Virus record (IMG/VR): IMGVR_UViG_3300048113_000456
Coordinates: 1-55,005 of that record
Length of the DNA: 55,005 bases
Reading direction: 5' to 3' (one strand)
Source: a virus
Taxonomy: Duplodnaviria; Caudoviricetes
Shown: one piece after another, positions 9,929 through 18,422 of the stretch
How the letters are laid out: every line of letters begins with the position of its first letter
Position numbering within the stretch: the stretch's first letter is position 1
The notes under the pieces: model-generated
Databases searched by the model: none
Seen by the model: the letters and a program-made list of their open reading frames with translations, nothing else
Told to the model about the DNA's origin: nothing
Program-made: the position numbers and the translations under genes

Positions 9929-10644
9929 AATGACAGTTCTAAATCATGGAATCCCTTCCGCAATTTCGAAATTCTATGTTTAGACTTGTCTGCTAGGCGG
10001 AGAATATTATCACGTATACTGGGATCAATACCATCACAATATTCTTCTAACCTATCAAAGGCATAAGCATACGTCTCCCGAACAGTAGCTTTTCCTGAGA
10101 TAATATGAGGTACGTAGTTCAGCACTGCGGCATGCTCTGACCCCATTCCATATTTTACCGCTTCCATACAGTTTATGCAACTTGATATTAACGGATCTGT
10201 TCTATGATTCATATATCTTGGCATATATAAAACTTTCTTTTCATTTAATATTCTTGTATCACTAGCAGGAACTTCATACCATTTCTCTGGATTTATAATA
10301 AATACCGACAAGTCTATATGGCCTGGAGTCATATTTACTCCAATCATTTCATAGTTCTTTGCCTGTCTTTTATGATCAGAGTACACCCCGCTACGACTAG
10401 CGCAGATATGGTACTTTCGTATAGTTTCTATAGGCGGTAAGTCATCGTGTCTAATGTTGAGTACAAGTCCCGAAACTACCACTAGGGTAGGCTCAGTAAC
10501 ATTTGCTAGTGCAGTACCTATCTTACTTTTTCCACACTTTACAACACTCCACTTTGCTCGTGGCGTGTTTTTCTGTATAGAATTTATTGTAAGTTGTGTA
10601 AGCTTTGGATTAGTTTCAAGAATTAGAATTTTTAGGCTTGACAT
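9913..10644 (-). CDS. putative degenerate GT-A (GT8-like) glycosyltransferase
   Basis: IDLSVFIINPEKW and LYMPRYMN resemble the GT8 'NsGV.linl..w' and 'lp..yN' segments; no clear DxD; start assumed at MSSLK (ORF track 10668). Confidence 0.4.
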   Translation of the reverse strand: MSSLKILILETNPKLTQLTINSIQKNTPRAKWSVVKCGKSKIGTALANVTEPTLVVVSGLVLNIRHDDLPPIETIRKYHICASRSGVYSDHKRQAKNYEMIGVNMTPGHIDLSVFIINPEKWYEVPASDTRILNEKKVLYMPRYMNHRTDPLISSCINCMEAVKYGMGSEHAAVLNYVPHIISGKATVRETYAYAFDRLEEYCDGIDPSIRDNILRLADKSKHRISKLRKGFHDLELSLKNPA

Positions 10645-11494
10645 GTTCAAACTCCTTAAACTTTTCAAAAAACAAATCTACATACTCTTGAGGATTTTCT
10701 GCGTTAACAGGTATAATGCCAGATGTTTTGCTAGAAAATAATCTTTTTAAGTTGTCTTCTCTATCTTCTCCATCTTTAAAAACTGCTTTATACAAAGAAC
10801 TATAGGTATAGTTGTTGTTTGCATTTCCAAATAAGTATACTTTCTTACCTTTAGCTACAGCAATTAGACCCATTTCTGAATTATCGCAAGCACCTACAAT
10901 TGAAGCATCTTCTAAAAGTTGGTGGCCCGATAGTTTTTTATCTAGTATATTATCTGCCCCAAACTCTTGTTTAAGTTTAGTTACAGCCCAGTTTGCAGTA
11001 ATTGGATGACACTTAAGTTTTGCTCCCTGCTTTACAGCTCGGTGAAGTTTACCGAAGTCACAAGCATCATATAATATATTAGTACCTGGAAGAAAGATTA
11101 CAAAGTCATGTGTCTTTCTATTCTTTCTTAGTCTATACTTATCTACGCTATTATTTTTAATATCATTATAAATTTTTAAACCTTCTTCGGTAATTTCAGA
11201 CTGGCAGGCATCTGCCATTTGTTTGTCGGACCAATACTTACCTGCAATACGTATAAGTATAAACTTACTCATCATATCTGTGTAAGTATATCCATGTATT
11301 CTTTTGTTGTCACCCATGTCATACCATATATCGTATTCGACATTTGTACTATTTGGACCATTTTTTGGTAATAAGTCTTTTAATGCTGCAACATTATCAT
11401 TAAGTTTATTTCTAACGATATTTCCAGATTTAAAGAAATGTGTGGCTGTATCTCCCAGCTCGTCTACATTACTCAGTCTTTCCAAGGCCATCAC
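10616..11494 (-). CDS. KpsS/KpsC (capsule polysaccharide synthesis)-like glycosyltransferase
   Basis: KCHP ... LLEDASIVGACDNSEMGLIAVAKGKKVYLFG matches the 'K.HP...ll..a..V...NS..G.eA...GK.V..fG' pattern. Confidence 0.55.
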   Translation of the reverse strand: MMALERLSNVDELGDTATHFFKSGNIVRNKLNDNVAALKDLLPKNGPNSTNVEYDIWYDMGDNKRIHGYTYTDMMSKFILIRIAGKYWSDKQMADACQSEITEEGLKIYNDIKNNSVDKYRLRKNRKTHDFVIFLPGTNILYDACDFGKLHRAVKQGAKLKCHPITANWAVTKLKQEFGADNILDKKLSGHQLLEDASIVGACDNSEMGLIAVAKGKKVYLFGNANNNYTYSSLYKAVFKDGEDREDNLKRLFSSKTSGIIPVNAENPQEYVDLFFEKFKEFEHVKPKNSNS

Positions 11495-11648
11495 GTAGCT
11501 CCTCTATGTCGTCCCCAAAGCCTTCCAAGCGATCTTCGGTATCTTCGAAGTGCTCCATGATAATGTCTAAAGTAGTCTCTAGACGACGACGCATATTTTT
11601 TACGTCGTCTTGTAGTTGTTTAAATTCTTTTTGTGTTACTCTGTCCAT
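11469..11648 (-). CDS. 59-aa acidic coiled-coil protein (absent from ORF track)
   Basis: MDRVTQKEFKQLQDDVKNMRRRLETTLDIIMEHFEDTEDRLEGFGDDIEELRDGLGKTE; overlaps both neighbours and fills the operon gap. Confidence 0.75.
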   Translation of the reverse strand: MDRVTQKEFKQLQDDVKNMRRRLETTLDIIMEHFEDTEDRLEGFGDDIEELRDGLGKTE

Positions 11649-14600
11649 TCTGAACCATCCCAGTAAATTGTATTATAATCAGATGCCGAAGATACTTCTG
11701 TAAATACGTTGCCTGATCCTGTATATCTCCCATACACAGTGGTGTCTGTATCTCTAGAAGTGCCTGTAGCACGGTTTGTAGATACAACAGTGTCAAATAA
11801 TGTGACAAATGCGGTTGTTGTATCAAATGTTGTCGATGCCGAAGTATCGAAAGTAGTTACATATACACTGCCTGTAGATCTTGAAGTAGCTCGGCTAGTA
11901 CTTCTGCTAGTGTTTCTAGAAGTTTGTGTAGCTAGGGTAGTACCTCTACTAGTATTAAACGTAGTGTTAAATGCAGTCGTTGTGTTAAACGCAGTACTTC
12001 TATTTGTGTTAAACGTAGTAGTTGTATTTCTGCTTGTATTAAAAGCAGTTACATTAGACGTTTCAGTAGCTAAAGAAGTTTCTGATGTTGTTTCAAATGT
12101 TGTGTTAAATGCCGTAGTAGTAGCAAGGGTTGTATTAAACGTAGTAGTTGTATTAAACGCTGTAGTACTACTTCTAGTTGTATTAAACGTAGTAGTTGTG
12201 TTAAATGCTGTTGTACGAGAAGTTTCATTTGTCGTATCAAAAGCTGTTACAAACGTAGTAGTTGTGTTAAACGCAGTAGTTGTGTTAAATGCTGTAGTAG
12301 TTCCACGGTCTGTACCGGTAGTTCTAGTAGTAGCAAAAATACTATAAGTAGCTCTACTTGTGTTAAACGTAGTTACTGTACCAAATGCAGTATAAGTACT
12401 ACGGCTTGTGCCTGTTGCTCTTGAAGTATCAAAGTAGCTAGTGTACGATGTTACTGTAGCAAATGCAGTAGTTGTGTTAAATGCAGTTGTTGTACTACGA
12501 CTTGTACCAGTAGTTTTACTTGTGTTAAACGCAGTAGTTGTGTTAAATGCAGTTGTTGTATTAAACGTGGTAGTTGTGTTATTACCAGTACCCGTTGTAC
12601 GTGTGGTATTGTACGTAGTAGTAAATGCTGTATACGTGCTGAACGCTGTTACAGTATTAAACGCAGTTGAAGTACCACGACTTGTACCAGTACCTTTGCT
12701 AGTATTAAATACCGTGCTTGTATTATACGTAGTGGTTGTATTAAACGCAGTAGTTGTATTATTACCTGTGCCAGTATTTCTATTCGTGTTAAAGTTTGAT
12801 ACATACGCAGTGTACGTAGCAAAAACAGTAGTTGTGCTAAACGCTGTATTAGTGTTACGACTTGTACCCGTACCTCTACTGGTGTTAAATGCAGTAGTTG
12901 TATTATACGCAGTAGTAGTTGTAAAGGTAGTAGTAGTGTTTAGACCCGTACCCGTTGTACGACTAGTATTAAAGTACGAAGTGTATGCAGTATACGTAGC
13001 AAATGCAGTTGTAGTAGCAAACGAAGTTGTAGTGCCACGACTTGTGCCGGTATTTCTATTTGTATTAAATACAGTACTTGTAGCATACGCAGTAGTTGTA
13101 GTAAATGCTGTAGAAGTTGTTATACCTGTTCCAGTAGTTCTACTTGTATTAAAGTTTGATACATAAGCAGTATAAGTACCAAAAGTAGTTACAGTAGAAA
13201 ATGCTGTGGTAGTACCACGATCAGTGCTAGTAGCTTTACTAGTATTAAACGCAGTAGTTGTATTATACGCAGTAGTTGTCGTAAAGGTAGTAGAGGTGTT
13301 TAAACCAGTACCCGTTGTACGAGTTGTATTAAAGTAGCTAGTATATGCAGTATACGTCGCAAATGCAGTTGTAGTAGCAAAGGAAGTTGTAGTACCGCGA
13401 CTTGTACCCGTACCTCTGCTAGTATTATAAGTTGTGCTTGTATTATACGTAGTGATTGTATTAAACGCAGTAGTTGTATTATTACCTGTACCAGTATTTC
13501 TATTCGTGTTAAAGTACGAAGTATACGCAGTATAAGTACCAAAAGTTGTTACTGTAGAGAATGCAGTATTAGTAGCTCTGTTAGTAGCTGTAGTTTTGCT
13601 AGTGTTAAATACTGTAGTTGTATTATACGCAGTAGTTGTCGTAAAGGTAGTAGTAGTATTCTTACCAGTACCTGTTGTACGCGTAGTATTGAAGTAAGAT
13701 GTATACGCAGTATAGGTAGCAAATGCTGTAGTAGTAGCAAAAGATGTTGTAGTTCCACGACTTGTACTTGTGCCTCTGCTAGTATTGAACGAGGTCGTTG
13801 TATTATACGCAGTAGTAGTTCCAAATACCGTAGAAGTATTTCTACTTTCAGCAGTATTTCTGCTAGTATTTGTAGCATATACAGTAGTGAAGGTAGTTGT
13901 AAACGCAGTACTAGTATTAAAAGAAGTAGTTGTGTTACGACCTTCAGCAGTATTTCTAGACGTAGCAGTACCGTATACAGTTACAAACGTAGTATTGAAG
14001 CTAGTAGTTGTTCCGAAGGATGTAGTTGTGTTACGACCTTCAGCAGTGTTTCTAGAGGTAGATGTAACTCTAGAAGTACCTCTAGACGTAGCAGTGGCTT
14101 TACTAGTGTTAAACGTAGTTGCTGTAGTATATGCAGTAGTTGTATTATATACAGTAGTAGTATTTCTGCTTTCCCCTGTAGTTCTGCTCGTGGCAGTAAC
14201 AAATACCGTAGTAAATGCCGTAGTAGTATTACGACTTGTAGAAGTTGCTCTACTTTCACCTGTATTTCTTGAAGTATTACGAGAAGTGTTACGATATTCG
14301 GCAGTGGCTCTACTTGTTGCAAATGTAGTAACAAATGTAGTAGTACGATACTCAGCCGTAGCTCTGCTTGTATTGAATGTAGTTACAAACGTAGTAGTTC
14401 GTGATGTATTGTAATACGTTAAGAATGTAGTAGTACGGTACTCAGCAGTAGCTCTTGAAGTGCCTGTAGCTCTGCTAGTATTTCTAGACGTGTCAAATAC
14501 GGTAGTAGTATTAAAACTAGTAGTTGTATTATGGTCAACAGTACTACGAGAAGTATTACGATACTCAGCAGTGGCTCTAGAAGTACCCGTAAGTCTAGAA

Positions 14601-17600
14601 GTATTAAAACTTACATTCTGTCTACGTCTAATTGTAAAAATATAAGTTTGGCTAGAACTATTATATACATAGCTAGTACCTTTTTGATACTCGTAACCAT
14701 TAGTGATTCGTGTAGTTGAGCCAAATAATGTACCTATGCCTGCTTGGTTCCATATACCTCCACCACCTTGGCTATATACAGAACTAATCTGCTCAACACC
14801 ATAGTAAACATAGTAACTATAATAACTTCTTTGGTAAGCAGTGTATGTTCCAATTACAGAAGTTACGAATGTAGTAGTAGTATTAAAGCTGGTAGTAGTA
14901 TTATGGTCTACAGTAAGGAAAGTAGTAGTACGATACTCAGCAGTAGCTCTCGAAGTTCCTGTAGCTTTAGAAGTTGCGTATACAGTACCAAATGTAGTAG
15001 TCGTGTTAAAACTTGTAGTAGTATTATGATCAACAGTACTACGAGACGTATTTCTTGAAGTATCAAATACTGTGGTACGAGATGTGTTTCTCGATGTATT
15101 AAAAGTTGTTGTAGTATTATGATCTACAGTACTACGAGACGTATTTCTTGACGTATCAAATGTAGTTGTAGTATTATGGTCTACAGTTAAGAATGTAGTC
15201 CCAAAAACAGTAGACGTAGTATAGGACGTAGTAGTATTAAAAGCAGTAGACGTACCTCTGCTAGTTCCTCTACTTGTGTTCGTTCCAAATACTGTGCTTG
15301 TATTATAAGCAGTAATGGTAGTACGACTTGTAGAAGTTGCTCGACTTTCTCCTGTATTACGTGCAGTATTAAAGACTGTAGTAGTATTAAATACAGTAGT
15401 AAAGGATGTAGTAGTTCCAAAAGTAGTAGATGTTGTATACGCTGTATAAGTCGCACGACTTGTACCAGTAGTACGTGACGTTCCGCGAGTAGTGTTTCTG
15501 CTAGTATTTGTTGAGAACGTTGTACTTGTAGTATAAGCAGTGTAAGTAGCTCTGCTTGTTACCGTTGATCTAGACGTTCCGCGAGAAGTGCTTCTGCTAG
15601 TATTAGTTGCGAATACTGTATTTGTTGTATAAGCGGTTAGGGTAGCTCTACTTGTAGCAGTAGTACGACTTTCCGCAGTTGTACGAGTAGTGATAAATGT
15701 AGTAGTTGTATTAAATACTGTAGTAGTTCCACGACTTGTACCAGTTGATCTTGTAGTTGTAGTATTTTTACCTGTAGCAATAGAAGTAGTAAATGTAGTT
15801 ACAGTATTGAATGCTGTGTATGTTCCACGACTTGTAGCAGTACCACGAGACTCTCCAGTTGTACGAGAGGTGTTAAATACTGTAGTAGTACCAAATACTG
15901 TGGTTGTGTTACGGTTAGTACCAGTATTTCTACTTGTAGCCGTGTTTCTACCTGTAGCTATACCTGTAATAAATACAGTATTTGTAATAAATGCAGTGTA
16001 TGTGTTACGGCTTGTACCTGTAGCTCTACTTTCTGAAGTTGTACGAGATGTGTTAAATACTGTAGTAGTATTAAACGCAGTAGTAGTACCGCGACTAGTA
16101 CCCGTTGCTCTTGTAGTTGTGGTATTTTTACCTGTAGCAATAGAAGTTACAAACGTAGTTGTAGTGTTGAAAGCAGTATAAGTATTGCGACTTGTAGCAG
16201 TACCACGAGACTCACCCGTTGTGCGAGTAGTAATAAATGTAGTTGTGGTGTTAAATACTGTTGTAGTTCCACGACTTGTACCAGTATTTCTGCTTGTAGC
16301 AGTATTAAGACCTGTAGCTATACCTGTAATAAATACGGTGCTAGTGTTAAAAGCAGTATAGGTATTTCTGCTGGTACCAGTTGATCTGCTTTCTATGGTA
16401 GTACGTGAAGTATTGAATACTGTGTTTGTGTTAAATGCTGTAGTAGTACCACGGCTTGTACCGGTAGATCTAGTTGTAGTTGTATTTACACCAGTAGCGA
16501 TAGAAGTTACAAACGTAGTTGTAGTATTAAATGCTGTGTATGTGTTACGACTTGTAGCAGTGCCGCGAGACTCGCCCGTTGTACGAGTAGTAATAAATGT
16601 AGTTGTCGTGTTAAATGCAGTAGTTGTGTTTCTGTTTGTACCAGTTGTACGACTGGTTGCAGTGTTTAAGCCTGTAGCTATGCCTGTGATAAATACAGTA
16701 TTTGTGATAAATGCAGTGTATGTGCTACGACTTGTGCCAGTAGATCTACTTTCTGAAGTTGTGCGAGAAGTATTAAATACTGTAGTAGTGTTAAACGCAG
16801 TAGTAGTTCCACGACTTGTACCAGTTGCTCTAGTAGTTGTAGTATTTCTACCAGTACCTAAACTTGTATTAAATGTAGTAACAGTGTTGAAAGCAGTATA
16901 AGTGCTACGAGAAGTAGCTGTGCTCTTAGACGTACCAGTTGTACGAGTAGTGATAAACGTAGTTGTAGTATTAAACGCAGTGGTTGTACCACGGCTTGTA
17001 CCAGTAGTTCTTACCGTAGTAGTGTTTCTGTCTGTACCAATACTTGTTTGGAATGTAGTGCTGGTGTTGAATGCAGTAGTAGTATTTAGACCAGTTCCGG
17101 TAACGTTATTTGTGTTAAATACAGTAGACGTGGTTGTACCAGTATTAAACGTAGTTGTAGTATTAAACGCTGTAGTAGTATTACGACTAGTTCCAGTTAC
17201 TTTAGATGTAGCTGTGGTTCTAGTCGTGTTTCTAGAAGTAATAAATGTGGTGTTGAACGCAGTTGTACGACTAGTCTCTGTAGACTTTGAAGTGTTAAAC
17301 GTTGTCGTTGTGCTACGGCTAGTACCAGTTGCTTTTGAAGTTTCAAATACAGTATTTGTACTACGAGAAGTTCCACGAGACGTATTAAACGTGGTGTTGA
17401 ATGCTGTGATTGTGTTAAACGCAGTTGTACGAGTTGTTTCAAATACTGTACCGCTTTCACGAGTAGTTTCAAAAGTAGTAGTACGAGAAGTTTCTGTAGC
17501 TAAAGTAGTTCCGCGAGAGGTATTAAACGTAGTGTTAAACGCAGTAGTTGTATTAAATGCTGTAACAAATGTAGTAGTAAAAGTTGTAGTAAATGCTGTA

Positions 17601-17890
17601 GTTGTGCTTACAGTAGTATCTACACTTGTTGCAAACGTAGTAGTACGACTAGTAGCAGTACTAGCAGAAGTTCCTAAAGAAGTTTCAAATGTTGTGTTAA
17701 ACGCAGTAGTAGTATTAAAAGCTGTAGATGTTGCTGTAGAAGTAGCTGTTATAGCCTGCCACGCAGTAGAAAAAGTTACGTCACCTTTTGCTAGTACGTA
17801 TCCAACAGAACGTAAAGTGCCTGCGGTGGCCTTTACTATTATTTGCTTTGGCTCTACTAGGGCGGAGCCATTCCACACCTTGATAGTCAT
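11636..17890 (-). CDS. giant Thr-rich repeat protein with mirror-complementary halves; putative beta-hairpin fibre
   Basis: 2084 aa; Thr at alternating positions; NTTTAF/GTSR units; unique central domain of ~80 aa; KVWNGS and YWDGSEW ends; located in the fibre gene cluster. Confidence 0.8.
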   Translation of the reverse strand: MTIKVWNGSALVEPKQIIVKATAGTLRSVGYVLAKGDVTFSTAWQAITATSTATSTAFNTTTAFNTTFETSLGTSASTATSRTTTFATSVDTTVSTTTAFTTTFTTTFVTAFNTTTAFNTTFNTSRGTTLATETSRTTTFETTRESGTVFETTRTTAFNTITAFNTTFNTSRGTSRSTNTVFETSKATGTSRSTTTTFNTSKSTETSRTTAFNTTFITSRNTTRTTATSKVTGTSRNTTTAFNTTTTFNTGTTTSTVFNTNNVTGTGLNTTTAFNTSTTFQTSIGTDRNTTTVRTTGTSRGTTTAFNTTTTFITTRTTGTSKSTATSRSTYTAFNTVTTFNTSLGTGRNTTTTRATGTSRGTTTAFNTTTVFNTSRTTSESRSTGTSRSTYTAFITNTVFITGIATGLNTATSRTTGTNRNTTTAFNTTTTFITTRTTGESRGTATSRNTYTAFNTTTTFVTSIATGVNTTTTRSTGTSRGTTTAFNTNTVFNTSRTTIESRSTGTSRNTYTAFNTSTVFITGIATGLNTATSRNTGTSRGTTTVFNTTTTFITTRTTGESRGTATSRNTYTAFNTTTTFVTSIATGKNTTTTRATGTSRGTTTAFNTTTVFNTSRTTSESRATGTSRNTYTAFITNTVFITGIATGRNTATSRNTGTNRNTTTVFGTTTVFNTSRTTGESRGTATSRGTYTAFNTVTTFTTSIATGKNTTTTRSTGTSRGTTTVFNTTTTFITTRTTAESRTTATSRATLTAYTTNTVFATNTSRSTSRGTSRSTVTSRATYTAYTTSTTFSTNTSRNTTRGTSRTTGTSRATYTAYTTSTTFGTTTSFTTVFNTTTVFNTARNTGESRATSTSRTTITAYNTSTVFGTNTSRGTSRGTSTAFNTTTSYTTSTVFGTTFLTVDHNTTTTFDTSRNTSRSTVDHNTTTTFNTSRNTSRTTVFDTSRNTSRSTVDHNTTTSFNTTTTFGTVYATSKATGTSRATAEYRTTTFLTVDHNTTTSFNTTTTFVTSVIGTYTAYQRSYYSYYVYYGVEQISSVYSQGGGGIWNQAGIGTLFGSTTRITNGYEYQKGTSYVYNSSSQTYIFTIRRRQNVSFNTSRLTGTSRATAEYRNTSRSTVDHNTTTSFNTTTVFDTSRNTSRATGTSRATAEYRTTTFLTYYNTSRTTTFVTTFNTSRATAEYRTTTFVTTFATSRATAEYRNTSRNTSRNTGESRATSTSRNTTTAFTTVFVTATSRTTGESRNTTTVYNTTTAYTTATTFNTSKATATSRGTSRVTSTSRNTAEGRNTTTSFGTTTSFNTTFVTVYGTATSRNTAEGRNTTTSFNTSTAFTTTFTTVYATNTSRNTAESRNTSTVFGTTTAYNTTTSFNTSRGTSTSRGTTTSFATTTAFATYTAYTSYFNTTRTTGTGKNTTTTFTTTTAYNTTTVFNTSKTTATNRATNTAFSTVTTFGTYTAYTSYFNTNRNTGTGNNTTTAFNTITTYNTSTTYNTSRGTGTSRGTTTSFATTTAFATYTAYTSYFNTTRTTGTGLNTSTTFTTTTAYNTTTAFNTSKATSTDRGTTTAFSTVTTFGTYTAYVSNFNTSRTTGTGITTSTAFTTTTAYATSTVFNTNRNTGTSRGTTTSFATTTAFATYTAYTSYFNTSRTTGTGLNTTTTFTTTTAYNTTTAFNTSRGTGTSRNTNTAFSTTTVFATYTAYVSNFNTNRNTGTGNNTTTAFNTTTTYNTSTVFNTSKGTGTSRGTSTAFNTVTAFSTYTAFTTTYNTTRTTGTGNNTTTTFNTTTAFNTTTAFNTSKTTGTSRSTTTAFNTTTAFATVTSYTSYFDTSRATGTSRSTYTAFGTVTTFNTSRATYSIFATTRTTGTDRGTTTAFNTTTAFNTTTTFVTAFDTTNETSRTTAFNTTTTFNTTRSSTTAFNTTTTFNTTLATTTAFNTTFETTSETSLATETSNVTAFNTSRNTTTTFNTNRSTAFNTTTAFNTTFNTSRGTTLATQTSRNTSRSTSRATSRSTGSVYVTTFDTSASTTFDTTTAFVTLFDTVVSTNRATGTSRDTDTTVYGRYTGSGNVFTEVSSASDYNTIYWDGSEWTE
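12430..13870 (-). repeat. eight 180-bp (60-aa) coding repeats, C-terminal arm
   Basis: The recurring xTYTAYTSYF landmark occurs 8 times at 60-aa spacing; boundaries approximate. Confidence 0.8.
15600..17041 (-). repeat. eight 180-bp (60-aa) coding repeats, N-terminal arm
   Basis: The recurring (S/G)IATG(L/K/V/R)N landmark occurs 8 times, alternating A/B variants; boundaries approximate. Confidence 0.8.
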
Positions 17891-17891
17891 G

Positions 17892-18275
17892 TTATACTAT
17901 ATACCAGACATAGCCAGTTGGCTTCCCAGACCCATCAGTAGGTACAGTGCTTGTAACTTCAGAAATATCATTATTAAAGTCTGATAAATTATCTGGCGTA
18001 CTATAACTGAACACACCCGTAGCGGCATTGTAAGCAAGATCCCCAGTAGCAGAAACTGCATTTCTAGCTCGGGTTGTTGAAAAGTAAGGTTTGCTAGGAT
18101 CTTCGGCGAGATCGGCAGTAGTTCTGTCGTTTATACGTATAACAGTGCCGTCGCTTTTTTTAATATACATAAGACCGTCATATGTATTTATAGCAACTTC
18201 ACCTAAGGCTAGTTGTGATGCATTTGGTGCGGTATCTGGCGAAGCCGAACGCTTTAATTTAATAGTTTGTGCCAT
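17892..18275 (-). CDS. small tail-fibre adaptor-like virion protein
   Basis: N-terminal IKLKRS...GEVAINTYDG fibre motif; RBS AGGAG. Confidence 0.65.
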   Translation of the reverse strand: MAQTIKLKRSASPDTAPNASQLALGEVAINTYDGLMYIKKSDGTVIRINDRTTADLAEDPSKPYFSTTRARNAVSATGDLAYNAATGVFSYSTPDNLSDFNNDISEVTSTVPTDGSGKPTGYVWYIV

Positions 18276-18334
18276 GTGGCTCTCCTAGAGACTTGCGTAT
18301 ATACGCAGGAGTGGATATCGAGGTTTATAGGAGA

Positions 18335-18363
18335 ATTATAGCGTAAGAGGATTAGAAAGTCAA
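18335..18363 (-). promoter_or_regulatory. sigma70-type late promoter
   Basis: TTGACT-17-TATAAT with an upstream A-tract. Confidence 0.8.
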
Positions 18364-18422
18364 GGAGTTTTTTTGGGAAGGTAGCTGAGCAACGAGTTGT
18401 TGCCCAGCATTTTTAGAGCTTT

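Noticed and set aside
14610-14860. Variable region of a diversity-generating retroelement
   Set aside because: No reverse transcriptase and no second template copy were seen in the window
11636-17890. CRISPR array or DNA-level inverted repeat/cruciform
   Set aside because: The repeats are degenerate at synonymous positions and in frame, with no constant repeat-spacer layout and no cas genes; both arms have the same strand bias, so the symmetry is not nucleotide reverse-complementarity
11636-17890. Ice-nucleation or antifreeze beta-helix protein
   Set aside because: TxT motifs are present, but there is no fixed coil period such as the InaZ AGYGST 16-mer; aperiodic mirrored spacing fits a hairpin better. 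Ice binding by the Thr face is not excluded
11709-17984. Several long Val-rich + strand ORFs (VVVLNAVVV...)
   Set aside because: They are antisense shadows of the Thr-codon-rich gene, with no RBS or promoter context
18384-18408. Terminator after the 416-aa fibre gene
   Set aside because: A 10-bp stem exists, but there is no U-tract on the coding (-) strand; it may be a stabilising hairpin or an antisense terminator
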